From: Thermoleophilaceae bacterium
Lineage (GTDB): Bacteria; Actinomycetota; Thermoleophilia; Solirubrobacterales; Thermoleophilaceae
Length of the DNA: 62,265 nt
Assembly: GCA_036382905.1 (NCBI GenBank)
Contig: DASVPL010000251.1
Coordinates: 1-62,265 of the forward strand
Direction: 5' to 3'
This document shows positions 26,477 to 34,908 of this stretch, one piece after another (position 1 is the first letter of the stretch; every line of letters begins with the position of its first letter). A model generated the notes under the pieces. The model saw only the letters and a program-made list of their open reading frames with translations. It ran no database searches and was not told the origin of the DNA. Position numbers and translations under genes: made by a program.

Positions 26477-27865
26477 CTACGGGCCGCCCCCGGCGAGCGC
26501 CCTCCAGCGCGAGCCGCTCAGGGCCAGCGCGAGCGCCGCGAGCGCGCCGGCGCCGAGCACCGCGGCCACGACGAACGGGGCGACCGATCCCTCCCCGAAC
26601 AGCGGCAGCAGCTCCGTGAGCGGGCCGAAGGGCGCGTCGGGCCGGTCGTCGATCCAGGTGCCGCCGCCCCAGCGCAGGTCCGCGTAGAGCCAGCCCGAGC
26701 CGACCAGGGTGACGGCTATCAGGCTCGCGCCGACCCGCGGCAGGCGCCGCAGCCCGAGCGCCACGAGCGGCACGCCCAGCGGCAGCGCCGCGATCAGGTG
26801 CCGGCCCGGGAACTCGAAGCCGAACATGGTGGGCGCGAGGAAGGCGGCGGTGAGGAACTGCGCTCCCACGGCAAGCGCGCAGATCGTGACGGCGCGCTCC
26901 CCGCGGCGCAGGGCCGGGATGGCGCGGGCCAGCCGGCCCTGGCGCTCGCGCAGCAAAAGCCACGCGCCGGCGAGCGCGAGCGCGAGCACGGGCGCCCAGC
27001 GCAGCAGGCCCGCCTCGCGGTCGATCAGCAGGGCGGCGAGGCGGTAGGCGCGGTCGAGGTAGCCGCCGGGGAACGAGGCGTTCGTGCCGGTGGCCTCGTC
27101 GCCCAGGCCGGCGGACTGCGGGGTCGGCCCCCCGTAGAGGTTGTCGTTCACCGACAGGTAGATCGCGATGCTCACCGCCACCACCTCGAGCCCCACGAGC
27201 GTGACCCACGGGCGCTGCGCGTTGCGCAGCGTGCGGAACGCGATCGCGCCCACCACGAGCCCGGCGGGCACGAAGCTCATCCCCAGCCACGGGAGCGTGG
27301 CCAGGAGCAGGAAGCAGGCGAACGACGAGCGGCGGCTCGGGTGCTCGTCGAGGCGCAGGGCGAGCAGCGTGGCACCGGCCAGCGCGACCCCGGCCGCGAG
27401 CGGCGGCTGGACCGCCGTGGAGTAGGCGAGCATCGGCGGCGACGCCGCCACGGCCAGCGTCGCGCCGAGCGCCCACGGGTCCGGCACCGCCCGCAGGGCG
27501 AGCAGGTAGGCCAGCACCACCGCGAGCGCGGCGATCGCCGCGAGGAAGAGCTCGACGGCGGTCTCCTCGCCGGCCGCCCAGGCGGGTGCGATCAGGAGCG
27601 GGAAGCCGACCCCGTGCGGCTCGTTCAGGTTGCCCGCCGTGAGCACCCCGCGCGGGCGCATCTCGTACGGGTAGTACTCGCTGTAGGCCCGCGAGCGGTA
27701 CTCGTCGAGCAGGTCGGGCGTGCGGTCGTCGACGATCGACTGGGCGGTGAGCAGGTGGTGGGGCTCGTCGCCGCCGTACTCGGAGGCGCCGAACGCGTGG
27801 ATCCCGATCGTGCTCGCGTAGAGCCCGAAGGCGACGATCCAGAGGAGGAGCGCGCGCCTCCTCAT
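26477..27865 (-). CDS. polytopic membrane protein, candidate GT-C (ArnT/PMT-like) glycosyltransferase
   Basis: 462 aa and roughly 10 or more hydrophobic segments. An acidic DEPHH motif sits in the first loop after TM1, as in GT-C enzymes. The functional call is tentative. Confidence 0.5.
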   Translation of the reverse strand: MRRRALLLWIVAFGLYASTIGIHAFGASEYGGDEPHHLLTAQSIVDDRTPDLLDEYRSRAYSEYYPYEMRPRGVLTAGNLNEPHGVGFPLLIAPAWAAGEETAVELFLAAIAALAVVLAYLLALRAVPDPWALGATLAVAASPPMLAYSTAVQPPLAAGVALAGATLLALRLDEHPSRRSSFACFLLLATLPWLGMSFVPAGLVVGAIAFRTLRNAQRPWVTLVGLEVVAVSIAIYLSVNDNLYGGPTPQSAGLGDEATGTNASFPGGYLDRAYRLAALLIDREAGLLRWAPVLALALAGAWLLLRERQGRLARAIPALRRGERAVTICALAVGAQFLTAAFLAPTMFGFEFPGRHLIAALPLGVPLVALGLRRLPRVGASLIAVTLVGSGWLYADLRWGGGTWIDDRPDAPFGPLTELLPLFGEGSVAPFVVAAVLGAGALAALALALSGSRWRALAGGGP

Positions 27866-27926
27866 GGGCGCCGCGCCGCGCCCGCCCGCGGCTTCGGCCC
27901 GCGGCGCACCGGCTCCGCCCGCGCCG

Positions 27927-29060
27927 CTAGGCGCCGAGCGCCCGCGCGATCACCATCTGCTGCACCTCGTCGGTGCCCTCGCCGATGGTCAGGATCTTCG
28001 CGTCGCGGTAGTGCCGGCAGACCGGGTACTCCTCGATGTAGCCGTAGCCGCCGTGGATCTGCACGGCCTCCTCGGTCGCGCGCACGGCCAGGCGGCCCGT
28101 CTTGAGCTTCGCCTTCGCCGCCACAAGGGTGAACGACCGGCCCTGGTCCTTGAGCCAGGCGGCCTCGTAGGTGATCAGCCGCGCGGCCTCGATCTCGGTG
28201 GCGAGATCGGCGAGCTTGCCCTGGATCGCCTGGAACTTCGAGATCGGCTGGCCGAACGCGCGCCGCTCCTTCGAGTAGGCGAGCGCCTCGTCGAGCGCCC
28301 CCTGCGCGAGGCCCACGCCCATCGCGGCCACGCCGATGCGGCCGCCGTCGAGAGTCTGGAGGAACTGCTTGAAGCCCTGGCCGCGCGGGCCGAGCAGGTT
28401 CTCCTCGGGCACCCGCGCGCCGTCGAAGCTGAGCGGCCGCGTGTCGGACGCGTTCCAGCCCATCTTGCGGTACGGGGTGCCCTGCTCGTATCCCGGCGTC
28501 CCCTTGGGCACGAGGATGTTCGAGATCTCGTTCTCGCCGGTCTTCGCTGTGATGGCCACGTGGCCGGAGATGTCGGTGCCCGCGTTGGTGATGAACTGCT
28601 TGGCACCGTCGATCACCCACTCGCCGTCCTCGAGCGCGGCGCGGGTCTTCACGTTGCCGGCGTCCGACCCGGCCTCCGGCTCGGTCAGGCCGAACGCGCC
28701 GAGCTTGCGGCCGGCGCAGAGGTCAGGGAGCAGTTCCCGCTTCTGCTCCTCGCTGCCGAAGGCGTAGACCGGCCAGGTTCCGAGCGAGGTGTGCGCGGCC
28801 ATCGTGATGGCCACGCTCGAGTCCACCCGCGTGAGCTCCTCGACGGCGATCGCGTACGAGAGGTTGTCGGTCCCGCCGCCGCCGTACTCCTGGGGGAACG
28901 GCATCCCCATGAGGCCGAGCTCGCCGAGTTGGGCCACGATCTCGTAGGGGAACCGCTTCTCGCGGTCGAGCTCCTCGGCCACGGGACGCACCTCGTTCTG
29001 GGCGAAGTCCCGGACCAGCTCGCGGATGTTGCGCTGCTCGTCGGTGAGGTCGAAGTTCAC
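27927..29060 (-). CDS. acyl-CoA dehydrogenase (short/branched-chain type)
   Basis: FGLTEPEAGSDAG, QIHGGYGYIEEYPVCRHYRDAKILTIGEGTDEVQ, 377 aa. Confidence 0.9.
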   Translation of the reverse strand: MNFDLTDEQRNIRELVRDFAQNEVRPVAEELDREKRFPYEIVAQLGELGLMGMPFPQEYGGGGTDNLSYAIAVEELTRVDSSVAITMAAHTSLGTWPVYAFGSEEQKRELLPDLCAGRKLGAFGLTEPEAGSDAGNVKTRAALEDGEWVIDGAKQFITNAGTDISGHVAITAKTGENEISNILVPKGTPGYEQGTPYRKMGWNASDTRPLSFDGARVPEENLLGPRGQGFKQFLQTLDGGRIGVAAMGVGLAQGALDEALAYSKERRAFGQPISKFQAIQGKLADLATEIEAARLITYEAAWLKDQGRSFTLVAAKAKLKTGRLAVRATEEAVQIHGGYGYIEEYPVCRHYRDAKILTIGEGTDEVQQMVIARALGA

Positions 29061-29137
29061 GGGAGCGGCGCAGAATAGTCACGTGCCCGGCACATCTGTC
29101 ACCCACGTGTAACGCGGCGCCGCTTACGGTCGGCCCC

Positions 29138-30037
29138 ATGCGGTCCGAGCGTGGACAGGCGAGCGTGGAGTGGGTGGGCGCGGTGCTGCTCGTGGCGCTG
29201 GTGCTCGGCGGCGCCACGGCCGCGGCGGGCGACGTGGACGGCCGCTCCTACGGCGGCTGGCTCGCGCACTCGATCGTGTGCGCGGTGAGCCGCGGCTGCG
29301 CCGAGCAGGCGGGGGAGCTGGCCGCGGCGTACGGGGACAGTGACGCCGAGCTGGTGCGCCGCTACGCGCCCAACCTCGTCTACGAGCCGGGCACCTACAC
29401 GCTGCCGGTCGACTTCCGCCAGTGCCGCTCGCACCGCTGCGCCGATGCGCCCGACGACCCCGACCTCGACGCCCACCTCACCACACGCGGTGGATATCCC
29501 GCCACCGCGTTCACGCACATCGTGCACCGCGACGGCGAGACGTTCATCCAGTACTGGCTCTACTACCCCGACTCGAACAGCACGTTCGCGGGCTCGTCGC
29601 GAGCCTGGAACGCGGTGCGCCGGGTCGAGCCGTGGATGGGGGACTACCCGGGCTACCACCGCGACGACTGGGAGGGGGTCCAGGTGCGGATCGGCCCCGA
29701 CGGCCGCGCGCGAACCCGAGCCAGCGCCCACCACGGCTACCAGTGGTGCAAGCAGCAGCGCTGCAAGAACAGCTGGGGCCCCTGGACCGGCTGGTCGCGC
29801 GTATCGCGCGGCAGCCACGCCGGCCATGTCCCGACGCGCTCGGATCCGCTGAGCACGCGCATCCGCCCGGCCCACCCCGGCGCCGACACCCACGAGCGCA
29901 CCACGACGAGCGGCGGACTGCGCCTGATCCCGATCGAGACGCTGGACACCGGCGCCTACAAGCCGCTCGACCCCGGCATCACGCCGCCGTGGCGGAAGAG
30001 GGTCTACACCGACCCGCTGAGCGACTCGACGTCGTGA
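29138..30037 (+). CDS. hypothetical protein with Flp/TadE-like N-terminal segment
   Basis: N-terminus MRSERGQASVEWVGAVLLVALVLGG resembles the class III prepilin/TadE motif (G-x4-E-aromatic plus a hydrophobic helix). The rest (FIQYWLYYPDSNS, DDWEGVQVRI) is not assignable by me. Confidence 0.55.
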   Translation: MRSERGQASVEWVGAVLLVALVLGGATAAAGDVDGRSYGGWLAHSIVCAVSRGCAEQAGELAAAYGDSDAELVRRYAPNLVYEPGTYTLPVDFRQCRSHRCADAPDDPDLDAHLTTRGGYPATAFTHIVHRDGETFIQYWLYYPDSNSTFAGSSRAWNAVRRVEPWMGDYPGYHRDDWEGVQVRIGPDGRARTRASAHHGYQWCKQQRCKNSWGPWTGWSRVSRGSHAGHVPTRSDPLSTRIRPAHPGADTHERTTTSGGLRLIPIETLDTGAYKPLDPGITPPWRKRVYTDPLSDSTS

Positions 30038-30043
30038 GCGCCG

Positions 30044-30796
30044 CTAGCGCGGCTGGCCCGTCGGCCGTACCAGGATCTCGTTCACCGAGACGTGCTCCGG
30101 CTGCGAGATGGCGTACGCGATCGCGTTGGCGATGTCGCCGGGCTCGAGGACCTTCCCGATCTGCTCGCGCATCTTGCCGATCGTCTCGACCACCACAGGG
30201 ATGTCGTTGTGGCCCTGGAGCTCGGTGTCCACGAACCCCGGCTCGACGATCGTCACCCGGATCTTCGCCCAGCCGGTCTCCTGGCGCAGCGCCTCGGAGA
30301 AGGCGCCAACGCCCCACTTCGTCAGGTTGTAGACCCCGCTGCCGGCGGACGCAACGCGGCCCGCCACCGACGAGACGTTCACGATGTCCCCACCGCCGCC
30401 CTCGCGGAGGATCGGCAGCGCCGCGTGCGTGCAGTACAGGAGCCCCAGCAGGTTCACGTCCACCATCCGGCGCCAGTGCTCGGTGTCGGCCCCGTCGATC
30501 GGGCCGAGCAGCATCACGCCCGCGTTGTTCACGAGCCCGTCGAGCCCTCCGAGCTTCTCCGCGGCGCCCTCCACGAACGACCGCGCGCTCGCCTCGTCGC
30601 CCACGTCCACCGGAACGGCGTGCGCGGTCCCGCCCGCACCCGAGATCCGCTCGACCAGCTCCCCGAGCCGCTCCTCGCGCCGGGCGCCCACGGCCACCGC
30701 CGCCCCCTGCGCAGCCAGCAGCTCCGCCGTCGCGGCTCCGATGCCCGACGACGCGCCGGTGATCGCGACCTTCCGGCCGTCGAGCGCGCCGGCCAT
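30044..30796 (-). CDS. SDR family oxidoreductase
   Basis: ITGASSGIGAATA cofactor motif, NNAG, and the YxxxK region YNLTKWG. Start ATG 30796-30794 overlaps the pepA stop (ATGA). Confidence 0.85.
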   Translation of the reverse strand: MAGALDGRKVAITGASSGIGAATAELLAAQGAAVAVGARREERLGELVERISGAGGTAHAVPVDVGDEASARSFVEGAAEKLGGLDGLVNNAGVMLLGPIDGADTEHWRRMVDVNLLGLLYCTHAALPILREGGGGDIVNVSSVAGRVASAGSGVYNLTKWGVGAFSEALRQETGWAKIRVTIVEPGFVDTELQGHNDIPVVVETIGKMREQIGKVLEPGDIANAIAYAISQPEHVSVNEILVRPTGQPR

Positions 30797-32235
30797 CAGC
30801 TCCGCCCCGCCTGCTCGGCCAGCTCGACCAGCATCCGCACGCCGAACCCGGAGGCGCCCTTCCCGACGTACGAGCGCCCGAGCCCCCAGGCCGTGCCGGC
30901 GATGTCCACGTGCACCCACGGCGTCTCGCCCACGAACTGGCGCAGGAACTCGGCGGCGTAGATCGACATCGCCTTGCGCTCCTCGGCCGCGTTCGTGAGG
31001 TCGCCGTACTTACCCTTGGTCAGCTCGAGGTACTCCGGGTGCAGCGGCAGCCGCCAGCCGAGCTCGCCGGTGGCGTTGCACGCGGCCTCGACCTCGCCGC
31101 ACCAGTCGTCGTCGTTCGAGAAGAGCCCCGCGTAGGTGCTCCCGAGCGCGACGATGATCGCGCCGGTGAGCGTCGCGAGGTTGATCACGCGCTCGGCGCC
31201 CTGGTCGACCGCGTAGGCCAGCGCGTCGGCCAGCAGCAGCCGCCCCTCGGCGTCGGTGTTGTTCACCTCGATCGTCTTGCCGTTCATCGCGGTGACGATG
31301 TCGCCCGGCTTGACCGACCGCCCGCTCGGCATGTTCTCGGTCGAGGGGACGACGGCGAGGATCCGCGCGGGCACGCCCAGCTCGGCTATCGCGCCCATCG
31401 CCTCGATCACGGCGGCGCCGCCGGACATGTCGAACTTCATCTCGTGCATGCGCCCGGCCGGCTTGATCGAGATGCCGCCGGTGTCGAAGGTCACGGCCTT
31501 GCCCACGTAACCGAGCAGCGGCCCCGAGCCGCCGCCCTCGTAGCGCATGACGATCATGCGCGGCTCCTCGTAGGTGCCCTGGGCCACGGACGCGAACGCG
31601 CCCATCCCGGCCTCGACGATCTGCGCGCGGTCCCAGACCTCGATCGTCAGCGAGTCGTGCGCCGCGGCGATCTCGGACGCCCGCTCGGCCAGCCAGGTCG
31701 GCGTGGCCACGTTGGCGGGGTAGTTCTGGAGGTCGCGCGCGGCGTTCTGCGCCACGCCGCGAACGCGGCCGGACTCGATCGCCTGCGGATCGACCCCCTC
31801 GGCCGACGCGATCTCGAGCGAGCCGATGGCCGCGTCGTCACCGTCCTCCTTCGTCGACTTGAACTGGTCGAAGCGATACAGGGCGAGCAGCGTGCCCTCA
31901 ACGAGCGCGCCGGCCACCTCGCCCCCGGTGGGCGCGGCCCACGACAGCGAGCGCGCCCCCAGCTCCCGCGCGCGCCCGGCGGCCACGGCCGCGGCCACCC
32001 GCGCGCGCTCGTGCTCGAGCTCCTCGCGCTTGCCGAGACCCACCAGCACCACGCGCCGGCCCTCCTCGTGCGTGACCGCGAGCTTGCGCAGCCCCGCCTT
32101 GGCCTCGCCCGAGTCGACCAGCGCCTGAAGGGCCGGATCGTCGAGCGTCTCGCCCTCGAAGACCGGCACCACACGGGTGTCGGCATCGGTTTCGCGGGGG
32201 TCTCCCGCACGTCCTGTAACTGTGATGTTGGCCAC
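30796..32235 (-). CDS. pepA: leucyl aminopeptidase (M17)
   Basis: VGKAVTFDTGGISIKP, NTDAEGRLLLADAL, GVRMLVEL. Confidence 0.9.
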   Translation of the reverse strand: MANITVTGRAGDPRETDADTRVVPVFEGETLDDPALQALVDSGEAKAGLRKLAVTHEEGRRVVLVGLGKREELEHERARVAAAVAAGRARELGARSLSWAAPTGGEVAGALVEGTLLALYRFDQFKSTKEDGDDAAIGSLEIASAEGVDPQAIESGRVRGVAQNAARDLQNYPANVATPTWLAERASEIAAAHDSLTIEVWDRAQIVEAGMGAFASVAQGTYEEPRMIVMRYEGGGSGPLLGYVGKAVTFDTGGISIKPAGRMHEMKFDMSGGAAVIEAMGAIAELGVPARILAVVPSTENMPSGRSVKPGDIVTAMNGKTIEVNNTDAEGRLLLADALAYAVDQGAERVINLATLTGAIIVALGSTYAGLFSNDDDWCGEVEAACNATGELGWRLPLHPEYLELTKGKYGDLTNAAEERKAMSIYAAEFLRQFVGETPWVHVDIAGTAWGLGRSYVGKGASGFGVRMLVELAEQAGRS

Positions 32236-32299
32236 GGCCGGGGCAGTCTACGCACCGCTACCCTTCGCCACCCACCGACCCAGGAGATCGAGCAGACCG

Positions 32300-33484
32300 A
32301 TGCCCAAGACAGTGATCCTCGGGACCGCCCGCACACCGTTCGGAAAGCTCGGCGGAGCCCTGTCCTCGCTCGACGCGACCGACCTCGGCGGTCACGCCAT
32401 CGCCGCGGCCCTCGAGCGCGCCGAGGTGGCCCCGGAGCAGGTCGAGCACGTGTCCTTCGGGCAGGTCCTCCAGGCCGGCCAGGGGCAGATCCCCTCGCGC
32501 CAGGCGCAGATCAAGGGCGGCATCCCCAAGGAGGTCTCGTCGGAGACCGTCAACAAGGTCTGCGCGTCGAGCATCCGCAGCGTCACGATCGTCGACAGCG
32601 CCGTGCGCGCCGGTGACCTCGACGTCGCCGTCGCCGGCGGCATGGAGTCGATGTCGCAGGCCCCGTACCTCCTCAAGCAGGCCCGCTTCGGCTACCGCAT
32701 GGGCGACGCCAAGGCGCTCGACGCGATGATCAACGACGGGCTCACGAATCCCTTCACGAAGAAGCACATGGCCCAGGAGGCCAGCGAGGTCGGCGACGAG
32801 CTCGAGATGACGCGCCCGGACCTCGACAAGTTCGCGCTGCGCAGCCACGAGCTCGCGATCCAGGCCACCGACGAGGGCCGCATCCCCGAGGAGATCGCGC
32901 CGGTCACGGTCAAGGCGAAGAAGAAGGAGACCGTGGTGGAGGTCGACGAGGCGCCGCGCCGCGACACCTCGCTCGAGACCCTCGCCAAGCTGCCGCCGAT
33001 CTTCGTCGAGGACGGCACCCACACCGCCGGCAACGCCCCGGGCGTCAACGACGGCGCGGGCGCGCTCGTGCTCGCCTCCGAGGAGTGGGCCAAGCAGAAC
33101 GGCCGCCAGCCGCTGGCCACGATCGTCACCCATGCTCAGGTCGCCGACGACTTCCCGTACCTCGCCCGCACGCCGGCGAACGCCACCAAGAAGGCGCTCG
33201 AGCAGGCCGGCCTGACGGTCGACGACATCGACCTGTTCGAGATCAACGAGGCGTTCGCCTCGGTCGCCATCAACAGCATGCGGATGCTCGAGGTGGACGA
33301 GAGCAAGGTCAACGTGAACGGCGGCGCGATCGCGCTCGGCCACCCGATCGGCGCCAGCGGCGCGCGCATCCTCGGAGCGCTCGTGCACGAGCTGCGCCGG
33401 CGCGGCGGCGGCCGCGGGGTCGCGGCCATCTGCTCGGGTGGAGGCCAGGGCGACGCCGTGATCATCGAGGTAAACGGGGGCTAA
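32300..33484 (+). CDS. acetyl-CoA C-acetyltransferase (thiolase)
   Basis: ATG 32300 follows CAGGAG. VNKVCASSIRS (active-site Cys), NVNGGAIALGHPIGASGARI, AAICSGGGQGDA. Confidence 0.9.
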   Translation: MPKTVILGTARTPFGKLGGALSSLDATDLGGHAIAAALERAEVAPEQVEHVSFGQVLQAGQGQIPSRQAQIKGGIPKEVSSETVNKVCASSIRSVTIVDSAVRAGDLDVAVAGGMESMSQAPYLLKQARFGYRMGDAKALDAMINDGLTNPFTKKHMAQEASEVGDELEMTRPDLDKFALRSHELAIQATDEGRIPEEIAPVTVKAKKKETVVEVDEAPRRDTSLETLAKLPPIFVEDGTHTAGNAPGVNDGAGALVLASEEWAKQNGRQPLATIVTHAQVADDFPYLARTPANATKKALEQAGLTVDDIDLFEINEAFASVAINSMRMLEVDESKVNVNGGAIALGHPIGASGARILGALVHELRRRGGGRGVAAICSGGGQGDAVIIEVNGG

Positions 33485-33496
33485 CGCGCCACCCCT

Positions 33497-33530
33497 CCTC
33501 CGGGTGGGGGAGCCCCGACCGGAGGGTTTT
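33497..33530 (+). terminator. intrinsic terminator-like hairpin after the thiolase gene
   Basis: CCTCCGG (33497-33503) pairs with CCGGAGG (33519-33525), followed by GTTTTG. Confidence 0.5.
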
Positions 33531-33606
33531 GCTCAACCCCCGTTTAGCGCTGTCGCGGCAGAGGTACAGCCGTCCCCCAGGCCAAACGAATCAGAGGGGC
33601 GGAAGC

Positions 33607-34083
33607 ATGAGGGGAAGGCATTGCGCGGTCGTCTGCGCGCTGGTAGCGGCAGCCGTTTCGAGCACGGCGGGACCGGCGTCGGCACAGATATTTCCGGGGG
33701 ACTGCTTCGTCAGCGACGGCGGACGCATCCTGACCGCAACGGGCAGCCCGGCCACGTTCGGCGGCAGCGCGTCGAGCACGAGCGGCGCGCAACTCGGCCA
33801 CCAGGTCTACATCGACGACGGCCCTCTGACGGGCTTCAGGTTCCGTTCGATCGCGATGACCGCGATGCTCTGCAATCTCGACGCCCATCGCGCCGAGATG
33901 TACGGCAGCGGCGAGGTGACCACCCAGCTCGGCCTGAGCCAGCCCGTGGAGTACCGGATCGCCGTGCTCGGCGTGCGCAGCACGTCGCAGGTGCCCGACA
34001 CCTACCGGATCACGCTGTCGAACGGCTACGACTCCGGCGAGCAGCCGGTGATCGACGGCAACATCGCCGTCAGAGGTACGTAA
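33607..34083 (+). CDS. small secreted hypothetical protein
   Basis: ATG 33607 follows GAGGGG. MRGRHCAVVCALVAAAVSSTAGPASAQ is a Sec signal with an ASA-Q site. 158 aa, no family recognised. Confidence 0.6.
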   Translation: MRGRHCAVVCALVAAAVSSTAGPASAQIFPGDCFVSDGGRILTATGSPATFGGSASSTSGAQLGHQVYIDDGPLTGFRFRSIAMTAMLCNLDAHRAEMYGSGEVTTQLGLSQPVEYRIAVLGVRSTSQVPDTYRITLSNGYDSGEQPVIDGNIAVRGT

Positions 34084-34107
34084 CTCGACCTGCATAGCCT
34101 TGGCGCC

Positions 34108-34908
34108 ATGCAACGTGGCGCCGCCTTCTTCGACCTCGACAAGACCCTCATCGAGGGATCGAGCGCCGTGCACTTCGCGCGCTCCTCATACCGCGCGGGG
34201 GTGATGACCCGTGGGCAGCTCGCGCGCGACCTCTGGGCGAACGTCAAGTTCCGCCTCGAGGGGAGCACCGACGACATGGCCGACATGCTCCGCTCGCGCG
34301 TGCTGGACGCGATCGCGGGCCGGCGCGTGGTGGACCTCGCGCGGCTCGCGCCGGGCGCCCTCGCGGGCATCCTGCCGCGCGTCTACCCGGAGATGCTGAA
34401 GGAGGCGTGGGCCCATCAGGACGCCGGGCGGCCGGTGTACATCGTGACGGCCGCCTCCCAGGAGATGGCCGAGATGATGGCCCACGTGCTGATCTTCGAC
34501 GGCGGCGTGGGCATGCGCTCGGAGATCGCCGACGGCGTCTACACCGGGCGCCCCGACGGCCCGTTCACCTACCGCGAGGGCAAGGCCGTGGCGATACGGG
34601 AGATGGCCGAGCGCGAGGGGATCGACCTCGCGGAGTCGTTCGCGTACTCGGACTCGGAGTCCGACCTTCCGATGCTGCGCCTCGTCGGCAACCCGGTGGC
34701 CGTCAACCCGGACGCGCACCTCAGCCGCGTCGCGCGCGAGGAGGGCTGGCGGATCATCACGTTCGATCGGCTGCACCGCCGCGTGCGGATCGCGACCACG
34801 GCCGCCGCGCTCGCGGGAGTGGGCCTCGCCGGGGGCTGGGTGGCGGGCCGAGCCCGTACACTCTCGGCCGGGTGGGGAAGGCGTCGTACACGCTTGCCGT
34901 TGCGCTGA
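34108..34908 (+). CDS. HAD-IB family hydrolase (SerB-like)
   Basis: DxDxT motif FFDLDKTLIEG, VTAASQEM, and YSDSESDLPML (motif IV). Confidence 0.8.
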   Translation: MQRGAAFFDLDKTLIEGSSAVHFARSSYRAGVMTRGQLARDLWANVKFRLEGSTDDMADMLRSRVLDAIAGRRVVDLARLAPGALAGILPRVYPEMLKEAWAHQDAGRPVYIVTAASQEMAEMMAHVLIFDGGVGMRSEIADGVYTGRPDGPFTYREGKAVAIREMAEREGIDLAESFAYSDSESDLPMLRLVGNPVAVNPDAHLSRVAREEGWRIITFDRLHRRVRIATTAAALAGVGLAGGWVAGRARTLSAGWGRRRTRLPLR

